Of a stretch of 64,000 nucleotides of DNA, positions 31,737-44,846 are shown in pieces (the stretch's first letter is position 1; each line of letters begins with the position of its first letter). Where the stretch lies: NCBI GenBank assembly GCA_963841735.1, contig CAWJDT010000001.1, forward strand, positions 640,001 through 704,000, written 5' to 3'. The DNA comes from an uncultured Actinomycetes bacterium. GTDB taxonomy: Bacteria > Actinomycetota > Thermoleophilia > RBG-16-64-13. The position numbers and the translations under genes were made by a program. Under the pieces are notes generated by a model. That model did not search any database. It was not told the origin of the DNA and worked only from the letters and a program-made list of their open reading frames with translations.

Positions 31737-32682
31737 TCAGGCAACGGCCGTGAGGAGGATGGTTTCCACAAGCTCTTCATACGAGATCCCGGCCGCGCGA
31801 GCTTGGGCAGGCAGATCGGATGTGTCCGTCATACCGGGCAGAGTGTTCACCTCCACGAACCAGGGGACTCCCTCCTGGTCGACCATCATGTCCACCCGGG
31901 CGTAGCCCCGGCAGCCGATGGCGCTGAAGGCCGCGATAGCCACCCGTTCGGCTTCGAGCGTAGTCTTCCGCCGACAGCCTGGCGGGGAGGATGAACTCGG
32001 TCATGCCCTCGGTGTATTTGGCCTCGTAGTCATAGAATTCGTTCTTTGGCACCAGCTCGAGAATCGGCAGGGCTCGGAGGACGCCGTCCTGCTGGAGCAC
32101 GCCAACCGTGATCTCGCGACCGGGGACGAACCTCTCCGCGAACAACACTCCGTAGTCCACTCGGCCCGTGGCGATGGAAGCAACGAGCTCTCCGGTCGTG
32201 CCGCACTTGGTGACACCGAGGCTCGATCCTTCTTCCACCGGCTTGATCATCACGGGCAATCCCAACTCCGCCTCGATCCTGGCCGCGGCTGCCGGGGCAG
32301 GTTCTTCTGGCCCTATCTCGCAATAGCCCGGGGTGGGAAGTCCTGTGCCCAGAACGATCTTCTTTGCCGCGATCTTGTTCATCCCCAAGGCAGACGCCAG
32401 CACGCCGGACCCCGTGTACGGGATATCCATCACCTCCAGCAACCCCTGGATGGTGCCGTCCTCACCGTAGCGGCCGTGCAAAGCCAGGAAGGCGACCTCG
32501 ACCCCGGCCTCGTCGATGCGCTTGGCGACATCCCGCAGTGCATCCACTGCCACGGCTCGGTAGCCCCGCTCGAGCAGAGCGCGCAGACAGTTCTGGCCCG
32601 ACCGCAGAGAGACCTCTCGCTCACCGGAAAGGCCGCCCATCAGCACACCGATAGTCTTGGTCTTGAGCGTCTGGGGGTCCAT
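31737..32682 (-). CDS. ddl: D-alanine--D-alanine ligase; indel near 31950
   Basis: GGLSGEREVSLRSG, LHGRYGEDG, GSSLG, YDYEAKY; C-terminal ARVD, EVNTLPGMT in 31737..31943. Confidence 0.93.
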
Positions 32683-32744
32683 TGCAGGAACTTTACCACA
32701 GGCCTAGCGGCGCGCTACGTGAAGACGGCCGGCCGGCCGAGACC

Positions 32745-33702
32745 TCAGCGAGCCGCCCAGCGCCCAGTCACCCGGTGGCGGCCCGGCTCCGTTCGGGGAC
32801 CGGCACTCCTGATCCAGCCTACTCGCCTGAACGCCGCCGTACTTTGGGCTCCGCTCTCGGCGGCGTAGAGAAGATCCTCGACGCTCACTCCATCGGCAGG
32901 AGCCGACGCCCAGCCCACCACGCACTCCACCTTCTGCCCGTCGATGAGGTGTTCGCAGGCTCTGCGGCCGAGGGCCATGGCAAGGCTCTCCACATCGTAG
33001 GGATCTATCCATGCGGTCTTACCACTGGCGGAGGCAACCGTGCCCGCGGTCGCTCCGGTCGCGAACACGAACGCCACCCTGCCGCTCTGGAGCAGAAACA
33101 CTTGGGCGTCCGGACCTAGAAGGCGCGATCCTCTATGTCCTACCGCCGCCAGTACGCGGCCGGCGACGTCGCGCCCGTAGTAGTCGGCTATGTCATCGAA
33201 ACGCAAGACCCGCAGAACCACCAAGGCAAACCGGGCGTTCGTTCGAACGCAGTACCTGCAGACGCAGCCTGAGAGCGCCGTCAAACAGGGCCTCCGGATC
33301 GTCATGACCACGGCTTCCCCGAACCCTATCCTGCTCTACTGCCCTGGGATCGAAGCTGGAGTCCCGCGAGGCTTCCCTTGGTCCGGTGCGGGCGGCGCGC
33401 GTCGCTAGAAGCCCGCCCATCCATACCAATACGAGCACGATCCACAGTGCTGGCGCTGAACTCCAAGCCAGAAGCGGCAACAGTATGGCCCCGTCGGTGA
33501 GGCACAGTAGAAACCCCAACAGGCGGTCGCTGGCGTAATGACGCGTCAGCCGCAGAGCCCAAAGTGAATAGCCGATCACCAATGCTACATAGAGCACCCA
33601 AATGGCGGGGGATTTGGCTCCGGCGAGAGGAGGACAGATGAGACCCACAAGAACCAGAAGAACCAGCCTCGCCCGAGCTTTCTGCCGCTCGGTCACGCGC
33701 AT
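32745..33702 (-). CDS. Membrane protein with degenerate GGDEF-like domain; frameshifted
   Basis: Four TM-like segments in 33193..33777, then RFALVVLRVLRFDDIADYYGRDVAGRVL..VGWASAPADGVSVEDLLYAAE in 32745..33311; no GGDEF motif. Confidence 0.6.
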
Positions 33703-33743
33703 GGCACCGGCTGTCCGCTGTCTTTTCATGTGAGTCTGATTGC

Positions 33744-33782
33744 AGTATAAGCGAAGTGCAAAGCCTTTGCAATACATATTGC
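33744..33782 (-). promoter_or_regulatory. Sigma70-type promoter overlapped by two palindromes
   Basis: Minus strand TTGCAA-N17-TATACT; palindromes TGCAAAG-C-CTTTGCA (33757-33771) and GCAATA-CA-TATTGC (33769-33782). Confidence 0.55.
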
Positions 33783-33932
33783 CAAACAGTCGATATGAAA
33801 TTGTTGCGTACGCCGCGAGCGGACGTGGCTGCTCTGGGCGGACAAGGCAAGTCGGCGACAGCAGAGCCGCCGGAACTACTCACAGCCTCCGGCGAGTGCG
33901 AAGAACGGCCAGCGGGAAGAACGCTGAAGAGC

Positions 33933-34362
33933 TCAGGGAACGAGAAGGACCGGCACTCGGGCGTGGCGCGCCACTCTGTAGCTAACGCTACCCAGAATGA
34001 GATCCTTGGGCTCGTAGCGGCTGTTGCGCCCCATGACCACCAGCTCTGCACCCAGGGATTCCATCTCGCCCAGGATGACTTCGGCCGCCGGCCCCACCAG
34101 CGCCTTTACTTCGGCCCCCACCTTCAGCCGCCGCAACACCTCCAAAGCTGGGCCCACAGCCTCCTGAGCCATTCGCTCCACGTAGCCCTCGATGGTCCGT
34201 TGGTCCATGGCTGGAGGCCAGGACCATGTGTTGCGGAACCGAGATCGCCGTGACAAGAATGAATTCTGCGCCATAGCGGGCGGCCATCTGGGCGGCCACC
34301 TCGACCCCCCGCAGAGAGGCCTCTGTGCCGTCAGTGGCGGCCAGAATGCGACGGAAGATCAA
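33933..34362 (-). CDS. Universal stress protein (UspA family), one indel
   Basis: FRRILAATDGTEAS N-terminus; GPAAEVIL..ELVVMGR..ILGSVSYRVARHARVPVLLVP C-terminus. Confidence 0.88.
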
Positions 34363-34399
34363 CGACTGCCTCCGAGGCGTCCGAACACCTGACCCGAAG

Positions 34400-34472
34400 T
34401 GGAGGATACCGGGGTCGAACCGGCGACCTCCGCCGTGCAAAGGCGGCGCTCTCCCAACTGAGCTAATCCCCC
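34400..34472 (-). tRNA. tRNA-Ala (TGC), CCA not encoded
   Basis: GGGGGATTAGCTCAGTTGGGAGAGCGCCGCCTTTGCACGGCGGAGGTCGCCGGTTCGACCCCGGTATCCTCCA; G3:U70 pair. Confidence 0.97.
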
Positions 34473-34512
34473 GAGCAGGGCGATCCGTACCGCCCGTGAG
34501 CCTCGAACTCAG

Positions 34513-34586
<74 letters not shown>

Positions 34587-34596
34587 ATGCGCGGGT

Positions 34597-34624
34597 AGTT
34601 TACCGGCATTACCCTTTATGTCAA
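34597..34624 (-). promoter_or_regulatory. Promoter of the tRNA-Ile/Ala pair
   Basis: TTGACA-N16-TAAACT ending 10 nt upstream of tRNA-Ile. Confidence 0.65.
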
Positions 34625-34750
34625 GCAAGGGCCCAGCTGCCGGACACCAACCGACGCCACCCCGAGACCGCCGCGCAACAACGAGTACCACTGGTGACGT
34701 GGACCCCTCGCTGGGAGTAACCTTAGAGACTCACCAGCTCGAGGGGAACC

Positions 34751-35236
34751 ATGGAAGGCTTCGAGAGAGTCGCAGTATACGGCGTAAGTTTTGACGTGGC
34801 CAGCAAGCAGCCCATCGTCCTGCTGAAGGTGGAAGCTAAGAACCGCTTCCTGCCCATCTGGATCGGGCAGCCAGAGGCGGCTGCCATCCTCGTGAAACTG
34901 CAGAAGGCCGAACTGCCTCGTCCCATGACCCATGACCTTCTGGCGGCCACCCTGGGACAGCTGTCCGCGACCGTGTCCGCCGTGATCGTCACAGAGTTGC
35001 GGGACAACACGTTCTTCGCGGTCATCGTGCTCGATGCGGACGGGCAAGAGATACGCCTCGATTCGCGCCCTTCGGATGCGATCGCGCTCGCGGTAAGGAC
35101 CGAATCACCCATCTACGTCTCCAGCGAGCTGCTCGCCACAAACGGCATCGAGTTCGAACAGGAGATCGGAGACGCCGAAGACATCGTGAAAGAGTTCCGG
35201 CAGTTCCTCGACGAGGTCTCCCCCCAGGACTTCTAG
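34751..35236 (+). CDS. Bifunctional nuclease family (DUF151) protein
   Basis: PIVLLK..RFLPIWIG..EA, RPMTHDL, DSRPSDAIALAVR. Confidence 0.92.
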   Translation: MEGFERVAVYGVSFDVASKQPIVLLKVEAKNRFLPIWIGQPEAAAILVKLQKAELPRPMTHDLLAATLGQLSATVSAVIVTELRDNTFFAVIVLDADGQEIRLDSRPSDAIALAVRTESPIYVSSELLATNGIEFEQEIGDAEDIVKEFRQFLDEVSPQDF

Positions 35237-35237
35237 G

Positions 35238-35537
35238 CTATTTCGCCTTCTCTTCCCCCAATGCGGCGGCTTCCCTCTTGACGCACTGAAGGATCAGCCC
35301 GTATATCTCGCGCAGCCCCTCGTTGGACAGCGGGCCGCGGTTGGCCCGGCACAGATACGTGATCACCCAGTCCTCTTGAGCGGCGTCGTAGAAGCTGAGG
35401 CCATGGGTATCTTTGTAGTCCTTGAGGCTCTTGACCAGTTGGACCCGCTTGTTCAGTGCCTCAACTATCTTCAGATCGTTGTCGGAGATCTTCTCCCGGT
35501 AGTTCCTTACGACCGGATCGGTGCCTGCTTCCGCCAT
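35238..35537 (-). CDS. Chorismate mutase (AroQ type)
   Basis: YREKISDNDLKIVEALNKR..K..YDAAQE..NRGPLS. Confidence 0.78.
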   Translation of the reverse strand: MAEAGTDPVVRNYREKISDNDLKIVEALNKRVQLVKSLKDYKDTHGLSFYDAAQEDWVITYLCRANRGPLSNEGLREIYGLILQCVKREAAALGEEKAK

Positions 35538-35649
35538 AGATGCCTCCTCGTCTCCGCCCGGTCACCTTCTCTGACCGAGGCTCGCTTGTCCAGCCGCTGT
35601 TGTCTAGCGAAGGCTACCCTACTGCCCGCGTGTTGCCCAGTATCGTCCT

Positions 35650-37002
35650 TCACCGACCGCCGCGGGCTCCATAGGCCGCGCACTGCCGCACGAAGCGTGA
35701 GGCCGCGTCCCGCGACGCGGCCAGGTGGACCAGCACCGGTGTGCATAGAAGCGTGTCGGTACCTACGCCTTCGCCCCTTTCCCCGATGACGCCCGCTCCG
35801 CGGATCTTCAGCGGTGAGTCCCATGGAGGGCCCGCACTGACTACTTCAGCATCGGTCAGCACCCACCCGGCCGCCTTCTCGCCCTTGGCTAAAAGCAGAT
35901 TGTCGCGCAGAGAAGTCACCTCGACATACGCCGGGTCCTCCAAATCCCAAAGGATCTCGCCTTGGGCGGGTATGACCCCCGCCAGATCCGAGCTCCGCCC
36001 TAACAGGTCTTGGATCCGGTCGAGCAGTAGCAGCATCCCTCCGCCCATGGCCAGCGTGGGCATGCCTTGACCGATGTGAGAGACGATCTCGCGGAGCAGC
36101 GGCAGATTGAGCGCGATGTCCGGCACGGTTTCGGGCCATAATGTCCCGGCGAGGATAAGACCGGCGGTCTCGGCCGGCAAGGCCGGATCCTCGATCAGGT
36201 CCACCCGCCGCGCGTCCGCCCCCGCCGCGCGCAAGATCTCAACCGAGTCACGGCTCCACAGAGCGAACCCCTTGCCGCCGGCGACCGCGATCACAGGCCC
36301 ACCGCCACCCCGCACCGGCGACCGGCTGGGGGTCGACAGAAACCCTCGCTGACCGGCCAGGGAGATCAGTCCGTCGATGTCCACCTGGCGAGCGACCGAG
36401 GCGAGCACTGATGCCTCCAATGGAAGCCCCCAGGGTCCAGGCGCAGGGGTATCCCAGCCAGGTCCTTCTCCTTCGTAGAGGCAACCAACCACCGGCACTC
36501 CCTCCTCGGCCAGGGCTTCGCGGAGGAGTTCGTAGTGTTCGCGGTTAGCCACGCCCGACAGGATGACCCCGGCCCAGTTGACCCCCGTAAGATGGGCCCG
36601 CAGACCCGTGGCAAGTACCTTGATCCCTTTACCCCAGCCCCTGCAGTCCATGACCACCACCACCGGACAGTCGAGCAGCCGGGCCACGCTCGCCGGCGTC
36701 CACAGGGCTCCGTCGCGCCGGTCAAGCACTCCGGTATTGGAGGAGAGCACTGACAACCCCACGTGGCGGACGGCCAGGTCGTACAACCCCAGCAGCGATT
36801 CCTCGCTACAGACCGCGGGGTCCAGAAAGACCGTCCCCTCCCAGCGGTCCCAGCACGCGGAAGGGCTCAGCGCCCCTACATGATGGTATCTAACCTCGAT
36901 TCCGCGCGATTCGGCGATCTCGGCTGCGGCGGCGGCAACGGCGTCGGCCAATCCGGTGCGATGCGTCGGAACGAGCAACAACCGCGGAGCCGACATGGTC
37001 AC
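35650..37002 (-). CDS. Cobyrinate a,c-diamide synthase (CbiA/CobB)-like protein with degenerate active sites
   Basis: Colinear with CbiA (VARLLDCPVVVVMD, AGVILSGV..EHYELL, IAVA..F, GMPTLA.GGG) but lacks GKT, GPDYID, ECGG and HEFH. Confidence 0.75.
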   Translation of the reverse strand: MTMSAPRLLLVPTHRTGLADAVAAAAAEIAESRGIEVRYHHVGALSPSACWDRWEGTVFLDPAVCSEESLLGLYDLAVRHVGLSVLSSNTGVLDRRDGALWTPASVARLLDCPVVVVMDCRGWGKGIKVLATGLRAHLTGVNWAGVILSGVANREHYELLREALAEEGVPVVGCLYEGEGPGWDTPAPGPWGLPLEASVLASVARQVDIDGLISLAGQRGFLSTPSRSPVRGGGGPVIAVAGGKGFALWSRDSVEILRAAGADARRVDLIEDPALPAETAGLILAGTLWPETVPDIALNLPLLREIVSHIGQGMPTLAMGGGMLLLLDRIQDLLGRSSDLAGVIPAQGEILWDLEDPAYVEVTSLRDNLLLAKGEKAAGWVLTDAEVVSAGPPWDSPLKIRGAGVIGERGEGVGTDTLLCTPVLVHLAASRDAASRFVRQCAAYGARGGR

Positions 37003-37052
37003 CGTCCCTCAGAAACTAGTCCGTAAGCCCCTATCCTAGTCCCGCCGGCCGA

Positions 37053-37742
37053 TCAGGACCGACGGCTCATCAATATGAGTCGCAGCAGCTGCAGCAGCGC
37101 CATCAGAGCGGCTGCAACGTATGTGAGGGCGGCCGCGCTCAGCACCTTCCTAGCGCCCTTGAGCTCTTCTCCCACGAGGATGCTCTTGTTTGTGAGCTGT
37201 GTCATTGCCCGGCTGGAGGCGTTGAACTCCACCGGAAGCGTGACTAGTGTGAAGAGCACGGCGGCGGCATACAGCATGATCCCGATGTTCATCAACAGGC
37301 CGCTACGAAAGAAGATCAGCCCGACGAAGAACAGGATCCAGCCAAAGTTGGTGCCTATATTGGCCACCGGGACCAGCGCGCTCCGCAACTTGAAAGCAGC
37401 GTAGCCCTCGGCATGCTGCATCGCGTGGCCGGCCTCGTGCGCCGCTACGCCAAGTGCGGCCAGAGAGTTGCTGTTGCCCACGTCGGGGCTCAGAGTGAGG
37501 ACACGAGTTCGAGGATCGTAATGATCGGACAGGCGGCTGCCAGCAACCTCGATGCCCACTTGATAGAGGCCTGCGCCATCAAGGACCAGACGCGCCGCGT
37601 CTGCGCCGGTCAGGCCCCTGGAAGAGGCAATCTTCGAGTACTTGGCGAAACTGGATCTGACCTTGGCTTGAGCATATATACCAAGGATCACGGCCGGCAC
37701 CAACAGCAGCAGATCCCAGTACCAAAATCCGATTGTTGACAC
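37053..37742 (-). CDS. Putative neutral zinc metallopeptidase (YugP-like)
   Basis: LSDHYDP, VAAHEAGHAMQH, TLPVEFNASSRA, AAALTYVAA. Confidence 0.92.
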   Translation of the reverse strand: MSTIGFWYWDLLLLVPAVILGIYAQAKVRSSFAKYSKIASSRGLTGADAARLVLDGAGLYQVGIEVAGSRLSDHYDPRTRVLTLSPDVGNSNSLAALGVAAHEAGHAMQHAEGYAAFKLRSALVPVANIGTNFGWILFFVGLIFFRSGLLMNIGIMLYAAAVLFTLVTLPVEFNASSRAMTQLTNKSILVGEELKGARKVLSAAALTYVAAALMALLQLLRLILMSRRS

Positions 37743-37888
37743 GCTGTACTCCTTTTCCCCGGAAGGCGCGCTGCCGCCTTACGCCGGGCTGATAATACCA
37801 GAAGGCCTCCCTCCCTACTCTCCAGATGGAGACAGGCCTTATTCAGTTCTTATGGGGGGTATAGACCTCTGTTGCCTGGCCCCAGGAG

Positions 37889-40525
37889 TTACTCCCCCGA
37901 ATCCTCGTCGACGATGTCGGTCGCCTCCGTCTCTTGGGTGTCCTCGATGTCATAGAAGTCATCGGCTGCGGTGTCGTCCAAGTCGCTGTCGACCGCCCCT
38001 TCTAGGTCGTCAACACCGGCCCCTTCGAAGTCGTCCTCGGCGCCCAGCTCCAGGCCGTTGCCGCGGCCATCTCCGTTGCCGTTCGCAGTGCCGACCAAGC
38101 GAGCCATACTCGACACCCGGTCGGCGCCGCGCAGGTGCATCACCCGCACGCCCATGGTGTTGCGTCCCGTGGTCCGGACGCTCTCCACCTGCACCCGAAT
38201 GATCGTGCCATCCTGACTGATGAGCATCAACTCGTGGTTGTTACGCACGGTGGCCACACCTACCAGATCGCCGCGGTCGGGGCTGTCCTTGATGGTGATG
38301 ACGCCCTGACCCCCCCGCTTTTGGGTGGGATAGCTCGACACCGGGGTGCGCTTGCCATACCCTCCGCTGGTGACGCAGAAGATGTCGGCGTCGTCTTCGG
38401 CTACCGCCATGCCCAGCAGAGAATGCTCCGGGGGCATGCGCATGCCTGTGACACCCATGGTGTTACGCCCTGTCGGCCGGACGTCGTACTCGTGGAAGCG
38501 GATGGCCTTGCCCTCGCTCGACACCAGGATCAGGTCGTCGTGACCGTTGGTGTGTTCCACCGCCACCAGTTCGTCATCGTCGTCGAGGTTGATGGCGATG
38601 ATCCCGTCGGCCTTGAGCGAGGTAGCGTAGTCCAAGAACCGGGTCTTCTTAACGATGCCCTTCTTCGTGGCGAAAGCCAGGTACTTCGCGTCGCTATAGT
38701 CCTTCGTGGCTATGACGGCCTTGATCCTCTCGCCCTGCGCCAGCGGGAGGAGGTTGGCCACATGCCGCCCCTTGCTCTGCCGGCTCCCCAGCGGTAGTTC
38801 GTGCACCTTCTGGCGGTAGATCTTGCCTCGGGAGGTGATGAACAGCAGGAAGTGATGCGTGGTAGTGATAAAGAGGTGCTCGATATAGTCGCCCTCTTTT
38901 AGGTCCATCCCCATGACGCCTATGCCCCCGCGGTGCTGCGTGCGGTAGGTCGAGACAGGCAGCCGCTTGAGATAGCCGGAGGCAGTGATGGAGATGACCA
39001 TCTCCTCCACAGCGATCATGTCCTCGATGTCGATCTCATCCTCTGAGGGCAAGATCTCGAGTGCGGCGGTCGTCGCCGTACATCTGCTGGATCTCGAGCA
39101 ACTCCGTCTTGATGACCTCGTAGATCATCGACTCGTCGGCCAGAAGGCCTTCGAGATAGGCGATGCGTTCCAGCAGGTCACGATGCTCTTCCTCGATCTT
39201 GTGACGCTCCAGCGCAGTAAGGTTGCGCAGGCGCAGATCGACAATGGCCTGAGACTGTTCGTCGCTCAGGCCGAAGCGCTCCATGAGGCCCATCTTCGCC
39301 GCTTCGGTGTCTTCGCTGGATCGGATAATGCGGATGATCTCGTCCAAGTTGGAGATGGCGATCAGCAGACCCTCGAGGATATGTGCCCGCTTCTTGCATC
39401 TTGTCGAGTTCAAAACGGGTGCGCCGGACTATGACCTCCACCTGGTGCGCGATGTAGTGCCGGAGCATGTCGCGCAACGACAGGGTCTTGGGCACGCCGT
39501 CGACCAAAGCCAACATGTTTATCCCAAAAGTAGTCTGCATGGCGCTGTGCTTGTAAAGCTTGTTGAGCACCACTTTGGGGATGGCCTCGCGCTTCAACTC
39601 GATGACCATGCGCATGCCCGAACGGTCGGATTCGTCACGCAGATCTGAGATCTCCGGGATGTGTTTCTCGCGCACCAGATCGGCGATCTTCTCAATGAGT
39701 TGGGCCTTGTTGACCTGATAAGGAAGCTCGGTGACGATGATTGCCGTCTTGCCCTGCTTGATCGGCTCGGAGTGCGCCCGCGCCCGGACCAGACACCCGA
39801 CCGCGGCCGGTCTCGTAACCCTCGCGTATGCCGGCGCTGCCTAAAATGATCCCCCCCGTGGGGAAGTCAGGGCCCTTGATGAAGCGCATCAAATCGGCGC
39901 TGGTGAGCCCAGGGTCATCGATGAGCGCCACGGTGGCGGCGATCGTCTCGCGCAGGTTGTGCGGGGGGATGTTCGTCGCCATGCCCACTGCGATCCCCGA
40001 GCTGCCGTTGACCAGCAGGTTGGGAAACCGAGACGGCAGAACTTTGGGCTCTTCCCTGCTCTCGTCGTAGTTGGGGGTCCAATCTACGGTCTCGGCTTCG
40101 ATATCGCGCAGCATCTCGGTGGCGATGCGGCTCATGCGGCACTCGGTGTAGCGCATGGCGGCCGCGGAGTCGCCGTCTACCGAGCCGAAGTTGCCGTGAC
40201 CGTCGACCAGGAGATAGCGGATGGAGAAGTTCTGAGCCATGCGCACAAGGGCGTCGTAGATAGAGGCGTCGCCGTGGGGGTGGAAGTTACCCATGACATC
40301 ACCGACGATGCGGGCACATTTGCGATAGGGCTTGCTGGGCTGCATCCCGGAGTCGTGCATGCCAAAGAGCACGCGCCGGTGCACCGGTTTGAGGCCGTCG
40401 CGCACGTCGGGTAGAGCCCGGCCCACGATCACGCTCATCGCGTAGTCGAGATACGACGCCCGCATCTCGTCGGCGATCTCGATCTGCTCTACGCGGCCCT
40501 CCAATGTCTCCATGGCTCCGTTCAC
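37889..40525 (-). CDS. gyrA: DNA gyrase subunit A, split by about three indels; long acidic tail
   Basis: [33 protein letters not shown], GyrA-box QHRGGIG, beta-pinwheel repeats. Confidence 0.96.
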
Positions 40526-40529
40526 CCTC

Positions 40530-42598
<2,069 letters not shown>

Positions 42599-42825
42599 AC
42601 CTGCCCGGCCTCTCTATGCCCAGTCCACTACCGGCCGCCCCCGCCCAGTCCTCCTGTAGCGCCCACAATGCGCACTTCGCGGCTCCCCGACCACGCGGCG
42701 CGGAGAGTCGGAAGCAATGCTCCCAGGAAGCTGGAGAAAAGGCCGACCTGTCGGTGTCGGAAGTACCAATCACGTTGCTATGTATGATATCACAGAGGCG
42801 CTTCCAGACCGCCGGTGGAACGCTG

Positions 42826-43469
42826 TCAGCGTACGCGTCGCTGCTCTCCGCGGACGAAGGCCGCCTCCATAGCTTTGGCTATGCGCGCTCGCAGGTCGCC
42901 CGGAAGATCCAGCTCCTCGACAGCGGCGAGAGCCTCCTTCTGCTCCGGGGAGAGCGGCCTATCGGCTCCCAGGCGCTGCGAATGACTCGGCCGGCCCTTG
43001 ACGCGGCGCTTCAGGGCAGCGGCCCGCCCAGGCCGGCCGCTGCACAGGCTCGTCCCACCCGGCGTGGCGGAAGACCACCTGTCGCACTACCCCTGCACCC
43101 AGCGAATCCCGCAAACGGGCGCAGATCTCGTCGCTCATGAACTGCAGCGTCTGCGCCCAGGCGGCGGACGACGCGCTGACGGTGAGTCTTCCCCCTTTCA
43201 GTTGCACCGGGCGAGCGTTGGCGGCCACCTCAGCGCCCACGACGTCCGGCCATATCAGCGCCAGCAGCCGGGCGGGGTCACCGCCACGGGGGGTCGCGCG
43301 CGTTCGGGGGGGCGGGCGGGAGGTGCCGGCCTGGTGCGAGTCGTCGAGCCGGCCGCGGCAGTGGCACCGGCGCAGACCGGTGCCACTGCCGGCCCTTCGC
43401 AAGCATCACCCAAGAGATCCCCCAAGCGTGCGAAATCGGGCTTACCCTCGAGCGCTGGCCGGCATTCAC
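42826..43469 (-). CDS. DciA/DUF721 family protein, frameshifted
   Basis: IWPDVVGAEVAANARPVQLKGGRLTVSASSAAWAQTLQF; usual position between recF and gyrB. Confidence 0.82.
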
Positions 43470-44557
43470 AGCTGGCTCGCCCTGGGCTCGAGTTCCACGA
43501 CTGTCGCCTCCTCCAGGTCCTCTGGGGAGAAATACCGTAGGTCTGTGGTGGTGATCACCACCTGCCCGCCGCGTCCGCACCACACTCACAAGTGCCTTCC
43601 GGCGCCCCTCGTCGAGCTCGCTCATGACGTCGTCAAGCAAGAGCAGGGGTTTGTTCTGCGTTCCGCACTGATATTCCCATTCGGCCAGCACAAGGGTGAG
43701 CAAAGCCGCGCGCTGTTCTCCTTGGGAGGCACAATCACGCATATCCAGACCGTTCCGCACAAGCCTGAAGTCGTCGCGATGCGGGCCTAAATGGGTATAG
43801 GTGCGTTGCCGGTCGGCGACGCGCATCTCCGCAAGCCTCTGCACGTAGCCATCCTCGTCAAGCCCGGCTGACGTTCGTTCGGTAGGTCAGGTGCAAGGTG
43901 TCGGCCATCTCTCCGGTGAGTTTCGCGTGCATGCGCTGGAAAGGCTCGATGAACGATGCCAGCGCGGCGGCTCTCCAGGCCGTTACCGCCAGTCCGGTCC
44001 GCGCCAGCATCTTCTCCCAGGGGACGTGATGATCATCATCCACCGCGGCGCGCCCCGCTCGCAGGAGAGCATTCCTCTGGGAAAGCGCCTCTTCGTAGCG
44101 ACGCAGGGCGGGCAAGTATTCTGGCTCGCACCGTGAAGCCAGGGTATCCAGATACTCCCGGCGCCGACGCGGGCTCCCTTTGATCAGGCGCAGGTCGTCC
44201 GGGACGAACGTCCGTAATGGCAGCATCTCCCGCCACCGGGAAGAATCAGCAAGAGGCGCCCCGTCGGCCGTCAGTCGGCGTTCGCCCTCTCGGGAGTGCG
44301 CGGCCGCCGCCGTGAGAGCCACCCCGCCGTCCTGCAGCTCAATGTCCACTCGGAGATGGTCCTGCCCGCTGGTGATGAGGTCGCGCACCGCATCCGGCGC
44401 GTAGCGGCGCTCCGTCAAGAACGAGGGCAGCCGCCTCCAGGACGGTTGTCTTCCCGGCCCCGTTGGGACCTACCAGGACGTTTAGGCCCGCTCCGAGCTC
44501 CATCTCCAGGTCTCGGTGCGACCGTAGATTGCATAGGGTGAGCCGCCGGACCAGCAC
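43466..44557 (-). CDS. recF: DNA replication/repair protein RecF, frameshifted
   Basis: VGPNGAGKT, PDDLRLIKGSP..RRREYLD, GPHRDD, SQGEQR, LLLDDVMSELD, QVVITTT. Confidence 0.93.
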
Positions 44558-44845
44558 TGGAGTCAGTCCTGTCGCTCGGCCGGCCGCTCCGCTCGAGAGA
44601 CAGACAACAACCTCCGCCGCCGCTCCCTGGCTTTCGACGATGTCGCCTGCCCGGAGTTTGTATCCTCTGCGCGTTTCCACTTGGGCGTTGACGCGCACCA
44701 GGCCTGCGGTCACCAGGTACTTGGCTTCTCCTCCGGTGACAGCGAGGCCTGCGACCTTAACGAACTGTCCCAGAGTGATCGGGAGTTCGACGGCCACCGG
44801 CGCGGACGAGTCCACTCCTGGAACGAGACCGGCCGTGGCTGACAT
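44558..44845 (-). CDS. S4-domain RNA-binding protein (YaaA-like); reads in frame into recF in this assembly
   Basis: ITLGQFVKVAG...TGGEAK..V.VN...ETRRGYKL..GD; conserved dnaN-yaaA-recF position. Confidence 0.85.
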
Positions 44846-44846
44846 G

